This document shows positions 1 to 12,510 of a DNA stretch of 64,000 bases, in pieces. Within the stretch, counting starts at the first letter, position 1, and each line of letters opens with the position of its first letter. Below the pieces are notes generated by a model. The model saw nothing but the letters and a program-made list of their open reading frames with translations, did not search any database and was not told where the DNA came from. Source of the DNA: Rhina ancylostomus (lineage: Eukaryota); the NCBI GenBank assembly GCA_030265395.1, contig JARFYF010000001.1, positions 24,455,507 to 24,519,506 on the forward strand. Reading direction: 5' to 3'. A program made the position numbers and the translations under genes.

Positions 1-2479
1 AACATCTTTGAATTGTAGTTTTATATTCAAGTGAACTGATTCATCTAGGCAAATTATCATTTAGCATTTGCATCTTGCCCATGTGTGTTGTTACGGATCA
101 GCCACTTCAAAATCACTTATGCTAAGTGAAGATGGCAATGCATTTTAGTCATGGTCTTGCGTTTTCATTCTTCATTCCTCACAATATACTTTTCATTTTG
201 AACCAAAATCAATATTGGGCTAAATGGTTGTCTGGAGGACACAAAGTTATTGTCTAATGGTCCATTGGCACTGTAAATTTAATGCAGTTACCTGGGCTGA
301 ATCTATAGCAAATACAACTGAGGATATAAAGTCATCGGTCTTCATTCTGAAGTCTCTCGCTAGCAGTAGTAACATCTTTTCTTGCAACTCCTCTCTATTG
401 ACTTGCATCTTTTTTTAATCATTCTGACTAAATTTAAAAGGTTTCTAATTTCTTTAATTATTATATTCTATTGGCACTATCTTCATTTTCTGTGAGCAAC
501 ATCATCTGCATCATCCTGGGGGAAAATAATTACAAACTTCTCATGCTGTCCTTGTTGGAAGTATAAGAAGCTACAAAGCAGTTTGTAGAAAACAGAACAG
601 TGGGATTAAGCTTAGTTCCTTCCAGGAGAGAAATAATAATGGTCACGTACTGTGCTGTAAAGTTCTATGGATCATTTACTGGCTCTTGATATAACTCCAG
701 GCTTTGATGATCTCATTAACACAGATAGTGCCATTAGGTACATCTCAGCAACATAAGTCTCCATTGCTCCTAAAGTTCTATATTGACAAAAGATATACCT
801 TAATCTTGTGTTCCTTCAGTAATACTGAGAGGGTGACATTTCTCTTAATGAAAGTTTGATTACCCAAGTGTTCATGTTTTATTTATGGTCAATGGCAGTT
901 TGTTTCAGTGAATTTCATGCGACACAAATTTGCACCATGATGTATTTATAAACAGGTCAATTGCAGCATATCTGTCATAATTTTTTTCTTCATACTACAA
1001 GCTGGTTAATTCACAAGGATAAAAAAAGATTAAACTTGTTCAGCCAAAGTCCTTGACTGAAAGAATATGATTGAAACGGACTGAAGCTTTTGATGCTGCA
1101 GGGAAGTCAAGTACTATACAATGGAAGCAAAGCATCAGAATAAGCAATAGACTGATCTCATTGTAAGGAGCAAACTGAAATTTCTTAACAAATTTCTCAG
1201 CATATTAAGAAATACCAAGATAACACATCAGTATTATCATAAATTAGCTGCAAAGGACAAATATGGATGTTAAAATGCATTTATTGATTCATCATTGAAA
1301 ATGGTACTCCTGATTCAGACAGAAATCAATGAATTTATCATGGACGAAGGATAAATGTTATTGATATCAAATTTACTTAAGACATAATAGTGTCTGAGAA
1401 AGCAGTACACATTACCTGTTTGTTCTACTGAACAAGATTGCTCCAAGTAGAATTTTACTTTTAGAAGTAAATACTTTTAGAAGTATTTACTAATACACCT
1501 AATACCTGTTCATCATCAATTGTCTAGACAGTTAAGACAATTAGAGGTAAAGCAAAATGTATTACAACAGAATTACATGCATAAATATTGGCCTTAGCAG
1601 TAAAGGAAATACAGGAACATAGGGAACTTCCATATCATGCCCAAGGTATAATATTAAGTCCCAATGCTCTTATTCTGTCCCCTTGATCAGTTCACATTAT
1701 AATACATCCAAGTGTGAAAAGGCCTTTATTCTCCTAATGTTGTCTTCACTGTTCAGGATTAGTCATGTAGTTTGCAGTATTTAGCAATGTAAGAGACCCC
1801 TAGACTGTCAACCACATATACAAAGAGCAAACACAGCTACATTTACAACCTTATTACATTTAATGACATCGATGAGAAGACACAGTGGCAAAATAGAGAA
1901 GGGATAGACAAGATTTAAATCAGGCTGAGTAAGTGCTAGGAAAAGAGCCTGATTAAAAGATGTTTCATTAACTTCAGGATTAAAATCTAAGTGAATCTAC
2001 TTTGCAAGGGGGCATTTCAATTCAGGATAATAGGCCCCCATTCCTGTAGCAATTATTCAAGACAAACAGACTAAGGTACAAAAAAGGAAGATAAACACAG
2101 AATTTAGGCCTTACAAATCTCGTGGTCAAGAAAAGAATCTAAATTTGCAAACCATTCGTGTTCCTCCTTGAGAAATAACAAAATTAATGTGCTTGAAAGG
2201 CACATTGATTGGATATAAAAGTGATATTGCAGTATAAATGCAGAAGATTTTAGTTGCATGGAACTACTAGAAAGCCTGGAATATGCTTCATAAGAGCAAA
2301 GAAGATTAAGAGAAGATGGTGCAGAGTTGTAAACATTTCATGGGGTTTTGATAAAGTTTGATTTGCTTGTTTCATAAGGTCCATTGTTGAACCCTAATTG
2401 ACTTGGATTGACCTGAATGATTCTCTAACTCTTATTTCAGTCTTTGTCTGCAAATGTATATTTTTAATTTGCTAAATGA

Positions 2480-2830
2480 AGGCTAGCATTTGTTGCACAA
2501 TACCCAGTTGCGATGGTAGTGGGCCATGTTCTGGAATTGCTGCAGTCCATACATTAAAGCCAATTTTTTTCAATGCTGCTAGTTAGTGAGTTTCATGATA
2601 TTACCACAATACTGATGAAGAAAATGATATATATCCAAGTCAGGAGAGAGTGTGACCTGAAAGAGAACTTAGAGATGGTGAAATTCCCTGTTCTTTGCTA
2701 CCATTGTTTGAATAAGTCATGAAGGCCATTGGTTTAAGTGATAATCTTAAAGAAACCTTGCCAAATGGTTGCAGCACATCTTGAAAATCTGTACACTACA
2801 GCTATGAAGCTCAGGTAATGGAGATGCAAT
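2480..2830 (-). mobile_element. Old, decayed LINE 3' remnant (clade uncertain); similar remnants near 18680-18860 and 19950-21350
   Basis: Resembles, from memory, an abundant elasmobranch LINE tail (gcatttgttgc...tgctgcagtccat...atatatccaagtcagga); no open frame. Confidence 0.4.
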
Positions 2831-2884
2831 TTAGATGCTCAATTATTGGTATTGGTTTATTATTGTCACTTGTTCCAAGGTACA

Positions 2885-3369
2885 ATAGACCATAGAACAC
2901 TACAGCACAGAAAACAGGCCATTCGACCCTTCTAGTCTTTGCTGAAATGTGATTCCACTAGTCCCACTTACCTGCACCCAGTGCATAACCCTCCAGACCT
3001 CTCCCGTCCATGTAGCTATCCAATTTATTCTTAAAACTTAAGAGCGAGCCCACATTTACTACATCAGATGGCAGCCCGTTCCACACTCCCACCACTCTGA
3101 GTGAAGAATTTCCCCCTAATATCCCCCTAAACCTTTCCCCTTTCACCCTAAAGCCATGTCTCTCGTACTTATCTCTCCTAATCTAGGTGGAAAGAGCCTA
3201 CTCGCATTAACTCTGTCAATGCCCCTCATAATTTTGTAAACCTCTATCAAATCCCCCCTCATTCTTCTACACTCCAAGGAATAAAGTCCTAACTTGTTCA
3301 ATCTTTCCCTGTAACTCAACTCCTGAAGACCCGGCAACATTCTAGTAAATCTCCTCTGCACTCTTTCAA
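2885..3369 (-). mobile_element. CR1 LINE 3' end, relatively young, running into an N gap
   Basis: ERVQRRFTRMLPGLQELSYRERLNKLGLYSLE..RMRGDLIEVYKIMRG and the following RVVGVWNGLP..SFKNKLD are typical CR1 ORF2 C-terminus. Confidence 0.92.
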
Positions 3370-4352
3370 NNNNNNNNNNNNNNNNNNNNNNNNNNNNNNN
3401 NNNNNNNNNNNNNNNNNNNNNNNNNNNNNNNNNNNNNNNNNNNNNNNNNNNNNNNNNNNNNNNNNNNNNNNNNNNNNNCATCCTGTAATCAGTCCTTAAA
3501 TTACATTTTAATGTGTTGAACCTTTATATCCTTGTCCATTTCCCACAGGCAAACTTAACACAATATGCTGATTAACTTGTTCTGTATAAATTATGTCCTT
3601 TTAAAAAAACTTGGGAAAAATTCAACTTTACAAGAAGGGCAGTTGCAGACAAGACAATATTCTTTCTTTAAATGGTTAGTTGCCTGTGGAAGCTTGATCA
3701 ATGACAGCAGCAATTGATGTCAGTGGGTTCCAATTTCAGTCTAGTTTTGACCCTTCAGTATTTGACCCAAATAATTTATATTCATCAAGGTTAATCAGCT
3801 CAGTTTACATTCAAGTGTTCCAGTTTTAGAAACTTTGACTTCTGTGTTATTCTTCCAGAAGTAAATTACAGCCTGAATGAGAGGCACTTTCTTTGGAAAA
3901 GACAGGAGATAATTGGGTAATATCTATTGGATAGAATTTTGTGCAAATGGTTAATTATTATTCTAAATGTGTTTGTTTTGAATCTTTTTCCCCTCCCCAT
4001 CTTCTTCCAGCAGCCTAACTCCCAATATTCCTCACATTAAATTCATATGCTTGGATCAAAAGGGTCTTAATAATGCTGGAACACAATTTTTTGTTGTAAC
4101 TTTTGCAAATTTTCATTTAGTTATTTCATGATCAGCACAAGATTCAGAGTAGCTGTAATTATAGGTAACTTTTTTTAACTAGAGCTTTTTATTAATCGCT
4201 CACCATAATTTTCATGTAATATAACAATGAAAGGAATTGACAGCACTAAACTATGTATATTTCTAAAATGGTATAATGAGGATCAATTTCATGCATTATT
4301 ACAAATGTCACTTGATGAAATGGTGATTTTGTGATTTATTTCACTACCACAG

Positions 4353-4481
4353 GTTCAGTTACTTGTGCTCCTGACCTGTTCCAATGTCCCAACTCCCATG
4401 TTTGCCTCCCAAAACATTGGCTGTGTGATGGGGATAAAGACTGTCCAGATGGAAGCGATGAACTTTCCACAGCTGGTTGCA
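4353..4481 (+). CDS. LRP1B: LRP1B internal exon A (129 nt, phase 1-1), LDL-A repeat
   Basis: cacag|GTTCAG...TGCA|gtaagt; encodes [42 protein letters not shown] (6 Cys, DCxDGSDE motif); DELSTAGC matches recalled LRP1B. Missed by the ORF track, which shows another frame. Confidence 0.95.
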
Positions 4482-4619
4482 GTAAGTAATGTTGGTCAGT
4501 TTAGGCAAAAAATTCTTGACAGTTATGCAGTGGGACTGGTAGTTTACAGAATATTAACCTAGTGAAATAATTTGACTACACTGTCCTAAAGGACTGACTG
4601 AATGATTTACTGCAGCATG

Positions 4620-4750
4620 ATATGTCCATATGTCATTGATCTGAAGTTTTAACTTCTCTTTCCAAGGTTGCTTCTTGACCTGCTATGTATTTTCAGCAAT
4701 TTTTGTTTTTATTTCAGATTTCCAGAATTTGCAACAGTTTGCTTTTGTGA
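4620..4750 (+). mobile_element. Decayed Penelope-like terminal repeat fragment
   Basis: tgcttcttgacctgctatgtattttcagcaatttttgtttttatttcagatttccag, similar to 8370-8420 and 28850-28920. Confidence 0.45.
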
Positions 4751-5860
4751 TTCATACATTAATAGATTCAATGTTGTGTCACATGGTATAAAATGTTGCT
4801 CTGAAGTCCAGTTCAATTCTGATTCAAGAATGATACTGTAATAAGTTAATCTGTAAACCACAGTAACAAGTACAAGATAATAGATGGATATTTCATACTT
4901 TTAATTCAATTACACAGGAGAGCTTTGGGTTAGAGATTTGCAATCCAAGAGGTAAATTTTTAACATGTTGCCTGGATGTAAAAGTTATATAGTGTGTAAG
5001 TTATACCTTGTGGAAGCTACAAAAATCAGTGGAAATGAAACCCAGATGGCTCCCTAATAGACAGCAGCTCTGTAATGTTGCCCTTCAGTAGGTTGAACAT
5101 TTTCCACCTTATCTGTGATTGATTAGATACTTCCATCTAGCTTGCCTCTGAGCTCTGTTCAAAGCATGTTAAAAGTTTCAGAAACCAAGCACATGTGCCA
5201 GAACCATCAAAATTAAGTCTGACACAGAAATTCATGAGCTAACAGTATGCTGTTATATCACTAATGATATTATGCCTTCATATTGTCAAGCACCAAGTTA
5301 ATGCTTAGTTCTTGAATAGATCTTATGAAATGACAGATTCTTAAAATATTATGTGGGAAATGTGATACAAGAACTTTGTATTGGGACAAATCTTTTCCAA
5401 CAGTTTCTGAACTGGGCTTCTACATAAGTTATGCAAGTGTGCTTGGGAAAGATCAGGTCATTGGCTTGTTATCTCAACTGTAAAGTAACATTTCCACAAT
5501 ATTGTATTGGTTTGTGAGGTGAAAAGTCCGCTGAATTGAAGCTTCACTGCGATTGACCTCAAGACTCTGACAAGAGCCAATATTAATGGTTCAAAATGCC
5601 ATTTATGTAATGCAAACATAAATGTTTGCTATGTGACAAGATTATCTTCTTCATATTTGTGAGCCTAAATATTTAAGATATATTTGGTCACAAAATAAAG
5701 TGTGATAAGCCATTTTTGTTGAGGATGAAATTGTGTGATATGACGACTGATAGCTTTGATTATATTAATGGAGCCCTACCTCTAAAATCTTCAAGTTCTA
5801 TAATAACCACTGCATACACTTATTAATATTGATTTCATCTATTGTTTCTCCTTATTCTAG

Positions 5861-5983
5861 CACACAATAGCACTTGTGATAACAAAGCTTTCAGGTGTAA
5901 GAACACATTGTGCATTCCACAATATTTTGTGTGTGATCATGATGATGATTGTGGAGATGGATCTGATGAATTTCCAGAGTGTG
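5861..5983 (+). CDS. LRP1B: LRP1B exon B (123 nt, phase 1-1), LDL-A repeat
   Basis: ttctag|CACAC...TGTG|gtaggt; [41 protein letters not shown]. Confidence 0.95.
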
Positions 5984-7494
5984 GTAGGTACAAAATATTT
6001 TTAATGATAAAATGCTGGGGTAATACTCTGAATTGGACTAGTATTTTTAACTAATATCAATAATGTTGTTACTTAATGTAATTAGGAATTGCAGTTATCT
6101 CTAAGGGTAATCTATTGAAATCACATTTACTGTCTTCTGCATCCTTTGGCCCTCGGGCAAATATTAATATATTTTACTTGAACAGCTGATTGGATTGCGG
6201 ATTCAAATAGAGAATGTATGACACGATGGTGATTAATTTTTCTTTGTCGAATGTCTGCATTTAAGTGGCAGTTCCCTGAGCAAAGGCTGTAATGTATGCA
6301 TTTTCTAGTGAATCTGAGGGAATTTTTATTAACTCAGGGAATGCATTTATTGCCAATTAAATATGTAGTGATCACTGTTTCTTATTTTCTTCGAGATATC
6401 AATTCACCTTCTTGTTCTATTCTTCTATCCTCAGACCTAACTCCTGACCTTCCCTGTTCACTAAATAATCTGATCCCTTAAGTATCTCTGTCCTTATGCC
6501 ATTAGTGAGAACATTCAATTTAATACAATTATATTCAATGTTAAAGTGGCTGTGAAATATCTCTTAAATGTAAACTTTTTCCACGAAATACTAATTAAAA
6601 AATAATCAACCTCTGATGATAACTACTCCCAAGTTTTCTGACACATCATTGAAGTTTTACAAGATAGTAAAGGAATAAAACTTAATGTTCAGCTGTAAAA
6701 TTTATGGCTCCTAGCAACAATGATGTCTTGTTTCTAATGGTGAAATAGTACAGATAAAAAGATTCACAGGAAAAGATCATGATTTGGACAAATTTGTAGA
6801 TTCTTAAAGAAAAATATTTTAAACATAAAAGTGATCATATATTGCCTCAGAATGCTTTAAATCATTTTAGTAAAGAAATACAAGAAATCCAGGAGCCATT
6901 TTCAAATTTCAAATATTGGTCAAGAATTATGTTCATTTCAGGATTTTTTTTCCAGTTGAAGATAAACCCTAAGCAAAATGCAGTGTGTTTATTTTTCCCA
7001 AGGAGAACATGAAAAATTCTTGAATTTGATGTGACACACTGAAAAAAGGAGTTTGGACTGCAATTTTGACAGAAGCCCTTTCAGTTCGCTTCACAAAGTA
7101 CAACATACCAAATATTTCAATAGTATGTTCTGATTTTAAACTGGAATGTAGAATGCAATGGGTAATTTTCCTCATTATAGGAACTCTTAGCAGATGAGTA
7201 CATGTTTCAGTATGTTTTGTTTTCTTCACATCAGTAACAGAGCAGTCAGTTGTCAGAGTTTAGAAAGAACAGCTATTTAACCAATGTGTCAGATTCTTAG
7301 CCTCGTGTGCTTGCAAATTACTTTAGGTGAGGACATATAAAGAGTGTTGGAGAAGCATTCTCTTTCCTGACTTTGAGAACCTGATTGATGATCATCAGTA
7401 AGGCCAAGGACAAATTACACGATGGTTTTTTTGTTAGAACCAAACTTCCTATTAAATAACAGAGATCAAAGAGATCTTTCAAGTCCATTGCTTT

Positions 7495-8045
7495 AAAATG
7501 TAAGAACACAAGAACATAAGAAATAAGAGCAGGAGTAGGCCAACTGGCCCATCAAGCCTGCTCCTCCATTCAATAAGATTGTGGCTGATCTGGCCATGGA
7601 CTCAGCTCCACCTACCTGCCTTTTCCCCATAACCCTTAATTCCCCCACTATGCAAAAATCTATCCAACTCTGCCTTAATGAGGTAGCTTCTACTGCTTCC
7701 CGAGGCAGAGAATTCCACAGATTCACTACTGTCTGGGAAAAGCAGTTCCTCCTCATCTCTGTCCTAAATCTACTCCCCTAAATCTTGAAGCTATGTCCCC
7801 TAGATCTAGTCTCTCCTGCCAGTGTGAAACAACTTGCCTGCCTCAATTTTACCTATCCCTTTCACAATTTTATATGTTTCAGTAAGATTCCCTCTCATTC
7901 TTCTGAATTCCAGCAAGTATAATACCAGGTGACTCGATCTCTCCTCATAGGCTAACCCCCTCATCTCCAAAATCAACCTGGTGAACCTCCTCTGCACCAC
8001 CTCCAAAGCCTGTACATCTTTTCTCAAGAAAGGAGACCAGAACTG
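7495..8045 (-). mobile_element. CR1 LINE 3' fragment
   Basis: QFWSPFLRKDVQALEVVQRRFTRLI...RMRGNLTETYKI; MRRNCFSQTVVNLWNSLPREAVEA. Confidence 0.9.
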
Positions 8046-8249
8046 GAGGAAAACAAAACATATACGTTGCAATACAGCACACATGCACAATATTACAGTA
8101 AAAGTTACAATCGTTCTTTATGTTTTGCAAGTCTAATAACTGTTTTGTGAAACCAGGTCAAATAGCTGGATGTAAACAAATCTAAATAATAATCAATATT
8201 TGTACATTCAAATGAAATAAAATGAGTTTCATATGACATTCCCTTTGGT

Positions 8250-8425
8250 GGTATTCCCACCCCCCCCCCCCACACCACCACCTTCTGTGTCGTCTAAAAT
8301 TAATTTGGTTTCTCTCTTTCGCACTTCAGATTCAGGGTCTTCCACCTGAAATATTCACTCCGTTTCCCTTTCCTCAAATGCAGCCTGACCTTATTCTGTG
8401 TTTCTAGCATTTTCTGTTTTCACTT
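8250..8425 (+). mobile_element. Decayed Penelope-like terminal repeat
   Basis: C-rich tract followed by cagggtcttccacctgaaat...atgcagcctgacc...tagcattttctgtttt, similar to 10250-10340. Confidence 0.5.
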
Positions 8426-9064
8426 GAGTTTCAAATGAATTTGGAGTGTTTCAAAATTATTATTCCTCTTCTACTATAGTAGAAACCTTCAGTTTTATAA
8501 AATTAAAAACTCTCTTAACTATTGATTAGTGTTTCTTTTAGCAAGGAGATGATATTATGTTTGTATGTGTTTTCCCTGCCAAGGATCTTCTCAAACAACT
8601 TTGGCCTAGTAAATATACCCTCTGGTAGTATTTGGTTATATTTCATCTGGACATCACTCCAGAATTCTTGAGGAAGGAAATTATACTTCTTTCTGACTCA
8701 CATAGGATCTGAAATTGAAAAACTTCTTTGTGCTGAAAATATAAAGAGCAGTTGGAATGGATTCCATGCTTGACTGATCTTAATGAATTCTTTGAAAGAG
8801 TAATAGAAGGAATGAAAAAGAGCTTTGCAATTGATGTAATGGCTCAGATTTCCCTGAGTTAGGCTAGCTGCCCACATCCCCCATTCCCCTGCTGGATCTG
8901 CAAAGGGTGAATTTGCTGGACCAAGTGGTCCCAGATCAAAGCCCTCATCAGGGTCAGGGACTTGATGGATGTCATAATGGGATNNNNNNNNNNNNNATAA
9001 GACTTGATTTCAACAGTCACGCATTTAAAATAATTTAACTCCATTTTGGATTGACCTTTGTTCT

Positions 9065-9310
9065 CAGTACATTAAGGAGGTCAAGTGTCATCAATATAGA
9101 GAGAAATAAATTGACATTTCGGGTCAAGCACCCTGGAAAAATGAGAAAACAACTATGTTAAGTCATGGGAGATGGGGGAGGTAGAGGGAAAAGAGAGGAT
9201 GTCTGTGTGAGAGTGCAGAGAAAAATTGTCAAGGTTACAATTATTTTTAAAACAGTCAGTTGGAGACAGAAGAGAAATAAGACAAGAATTAAAATAGAGA
9301 GGTATGGAAA
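9065..9310 (-). mobile_element. Decayed Penelope-like terminal repeat
   Basis: Reverse strand reads agggtgcttgacccgaaatgtcaa, with adjacent purine-rich tract on +. Confidence 0.5.
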
Positions 9311-9311
9311 A

Positions 9312-10530
9312 TAAGAACATAGGAACTGGAGTAGGCCATTACAGCCATTCAGGTAACAGAAATTCACCCTTATGGAATTCATAGATGATGACCCAACAAG
9401 TTGAAATATGGAATAAAATTCACTATCACAGGTGTTTGTTTTTTCAACTCACATTTCTTGATGCATGCATAGATGGCATGGCTTCATGCTACAGAAAATT
9501 GTGACACTATTTGCCTGCCTGCTAACATTTTGTGATTCACACAGCAAGATCCCTCTGAGTTTCATTCATTTGCAGTGTCACTCCATTTAGATAAAAATCT
9601 GACTTTTGATTCTTCTTACTGAATACATAACCTCACATTTTCTAACATTAAACTTCATTTGCCAAGTTTTCACCCACTCACTCAATTTACCTTCATCCTG
9701 TTGTGGAGTCCAGATATTCTTATTACAACAGGCCCTTCCATCTATTTGAGCATCACTGACCAATGCTCATACTTTACACTCTGCTCCCTCCTCCAGGTCA
9801 TTAATATAAATCATAAATAATTGAGGTGGAGAAAAGATCATTGTGGCACTCCAGTTATTACATTCTTCCAGAGAAACAAAGGACTGCAGATGCCTCCAGC
9901 ATCATTGTGTTTTTCAGTTACATTCTTCCAGCCTGAAGAAGACCCTATTCCAACTTTGTCTCCTTTGTGATATTCAGTCTTCTATCCATGTGAGACAAAA
10001 GACATTGGTGGTGGTGTTCTGCTCACCACCTTATTTTTTTTTATCAGACTCCATAATCTTCAGTTTTTAGTTATCTCCACTAGTACCTCCCAGAGACACT
10101 GTTGCTATCTCCACTCCTCCTTCCCCCACCTGGCTCCATCTGCCCATAACCCCTCTTCACCTAGATCCATCTATAGCTTGCCAGTTTCTGCCTTACCCCT
10201 CCCCCTCACCATTGTATATTGGCTATCTCTCGATTACACTCTGACTCCTGATGCAGGGTCTCAACCCAAAACATCAACCACCTCTGTTCCTTTGCAGATG
10301 CTACCTGACCCACTGAATTCCCCAAGCAGCTTGTCTTTTGTTTCAATTCATGTGACCCCACCTCCCTGATACCATAAGCTTTCATGTGGCACCTTTCAAC
10401 TGCTTTCTGGAAATCTAAACACATTGTGCCTACAGGTTCCCTCTATTATGTCATCTTCATCCTCAAAGAACTCTAGAAGTCTTGTCAAACATGATTTACC
10501 TTTCATAAAACTATGTCGACTTGGTTTGAA
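9312..10530 (-). mobile_element. Old fragmented CR1 LINE interrupted by Penelope-like pieces
   Basis: CR1 tail aagaacataggaactggagtaggcc; RT motif CLDFQKA (ORF 10206..10424); ttaatataaatcataaataa corresponds to LFMIYINDL on the minus strand. Confidence 0.7.
10030..10345 (+). mobile_element. Penelope-like pseudo-LTR with degenerate hammerhead motif
   Basis: Pyrimidine-rich tract, then ctgatgcagggtctcaacccaaaacatcaac...gcagatgctacctgacccactgaattccccaagcag. Confidence 0.7.
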
Positions 10531-10664
10531 AACATTAAACTATGCTTAAAGTTTAATATATACTCCCAATCTATGATCAAGGAAGAAATCTATCAACAAC
10601 AGAGACTGATCTAGCACTACTATATTATTGCCTCATCTTTTTGGAGGGAGAAAAAATAGGAGTG

Positions 10665-11010
10665 GTTATTTGAATTTGTTATTAAAAACTGTAGGCTGCA
10701 GTGTACGTAGACAGTCAATTGTGCTCTCTTTCCTTGAGCTTATGTTAAACTTTGTTGAAAAAATATAGGAGACCAAAAACAGAGAAGTCAGAATGGGATT
10801 GTGGCGGAGAATTAAAGTGACAGGCAACTGGAGGCTCAGGAATGCCAATGCAGGCTGAATGGAGCTGTATTGCAAAGTTGTCACCCAATCTGCATTTGGT
10901 TTCTTGGGCATAGAGGAGACTGAACAGTAAAGAGAGCATGTCACCACCTACTCCTCTGAACACTGTCCCCTAAACCTACCCATCTAACCCAGTTTCACTG
11001 GAAAAGTGAG
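10665..11010 (-). mobile_element. Penelope-like GIY-YIG endonuclease remnant
   Basis: LLYAQETKCRLGDNFAIQLHSAC..PPVACHFNSPPQSHSDFSVFGLL matches the PLE pattern LLYIGETKRRLGDRFxEH..PVAxHFN; second frame ends ..LRTLQP. Confidence 0.8.
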
Positions 11011-11126
11011 AAGGTGGCAATATTTCAGATTTGTTAGAAGATATTTATTACAATTAAAAACCAACAGAAAATATTATCTTTGTTTCTGTAGTGGATAAAC
11101 AATTTTGTTTTATTGTGGATTTTTAG

Positions 11127-11267
11127 AGTACAAAAGTTGTGAGCCACATGAGTTTCATTGCGCCAATGGAAGATGTCTTACGAATGCTGCTTGGGAATGT
11201 GATGGGGATTTTGACTGTCTTGACAATTCAGATGAAGCACCCAAAAATCCCAACTGCTCAGGAGCAG
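11127..11267 (+). CDS. LRP1B: LRP1B exon C (141 nt, phase 1-1), LDL-A repeat
   Basis: ttttag|AGTAC...GCAG|gtagag; [47 protein letters not shown]. Confidence 0.95.
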
Positions 11268-12214
11268 GTAGAGTATTTCAAATTCTGTGTTTTATTGTTC
11301 ATAATCAGTGAAGCTTGCCAGAAGATTCCTATCGTATATGGATCATATAACATAAAATAATCAGTACAAAGTCATGGTTGAACTATGAATGTTATGATGA
11401 ATGTGTTAAATGCAAATCCTGCATAGATGTGTACTAGCCTGGATTTTGTTTCCAGCAATGGATGAACTTCTCATTCATTATACAGGCCACAGACTTCCTG
11501 TAGGTTTTTGAGGGTTTATTTTCAAAAAGGTGGCTTTGACTTGAAATCCCTGACATATTTGAACAGAGTAAGCAACACATGTTTCTTCAATTAATCAGAA
11601 AGGAGAATTCTTCCTGGAAGATGTAATATCTAAATAGAAATCTAAATGAGAATTTTTAATTGATTCTAAAATCATGTGGAAGAAAACAGACTGCACAGTG
11701 AAAGGAAAGTGAGCTCAGCAGGCATTTGAAGAGACAGTGAAAATAAAAGAATATATTAAAAGTCCAATCATAAATAAACTCTGAAAGCATGAGACTCACA
11801 CTTGTAAAGTGAAACATTCATTGTCAGCAGGATTGCCTAACAGTAATTAAGGCTTATCATGTTGTATACTCATTTACACTTGAAAGCACCAGCCTGAACA
11901 ATTTCTGACATATTAGTGGGTAAGCTCAGCTACGTCGTAGATGTTGGCATCAGGCCAAAAGGCAAGTCACTTATGCAGCAGACCTTTTGGTGAAGCAGGG
12001 CACCTCAGATCACAACTTCAGGATTTCTATGTTTGATTGTGACTCCAGAAGTTATTTAGTTTACTGCATACTAAAGGCCTCTCAGTTATACCTCTTGCAA
12101 AGTTGGGTTGTTACAATTGCAAAAATGCTTATGATTCAAGCAATATTAAGAAAGTAAATTAAGTCCTAGGAAATGGCCTGAGGCTACTCATGGATGAATG
12201 GCACTCTAATAATT

Positions 12215-12510
12215 AACTCTGTTACCTCAGAGCACCGGGGATCTTGGTTTGATCCTGATTTCTGGTGCTGTCTCTGCCAAATTTGTGCACTCTACTTGCT
12301 GCCTGGTGTTCTGGTTTCCTCCCACATGATAAAGGTATGTTGGCAGGTTAATTGCTGACCATAAATTACCACTTCTGCAGTAAGTGGCAAAAATTACAGT
12401 GAATTTGTGAGGGAGAATAAGTTGCCAGACTACAGGGAAACAAGAAATAGGATGCTGGAGGGATTGTTCTGCAATCTGATGGACTAAATAGCTGCCTTCA
12501 ATGTTATAGT
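12215..12510 (+). mobile_element. Old V-SINE-like (tRNA-derived) SINE
   Basis: B-box-like ggtttgatcc; V-domain-like ggtgttctggtttcctcccacat; tail gatggactaaatagctgcctt resembling a CR1 3' end. Confidence 0.6.

Noticed and set aside
1466-1491. 11-bp perfect inverted repeat agtaaatactt-ttag-aagtatttact
   Set aside because: AT-rich, arises from a local tacttttagaagta duplication, no functional context.
4365-4562. ORF-track proteins 4365..4562, 11139..11360 and 27354..27560 as separate genes
   Set aside because: They are off-frame translations of LRP1B exons.
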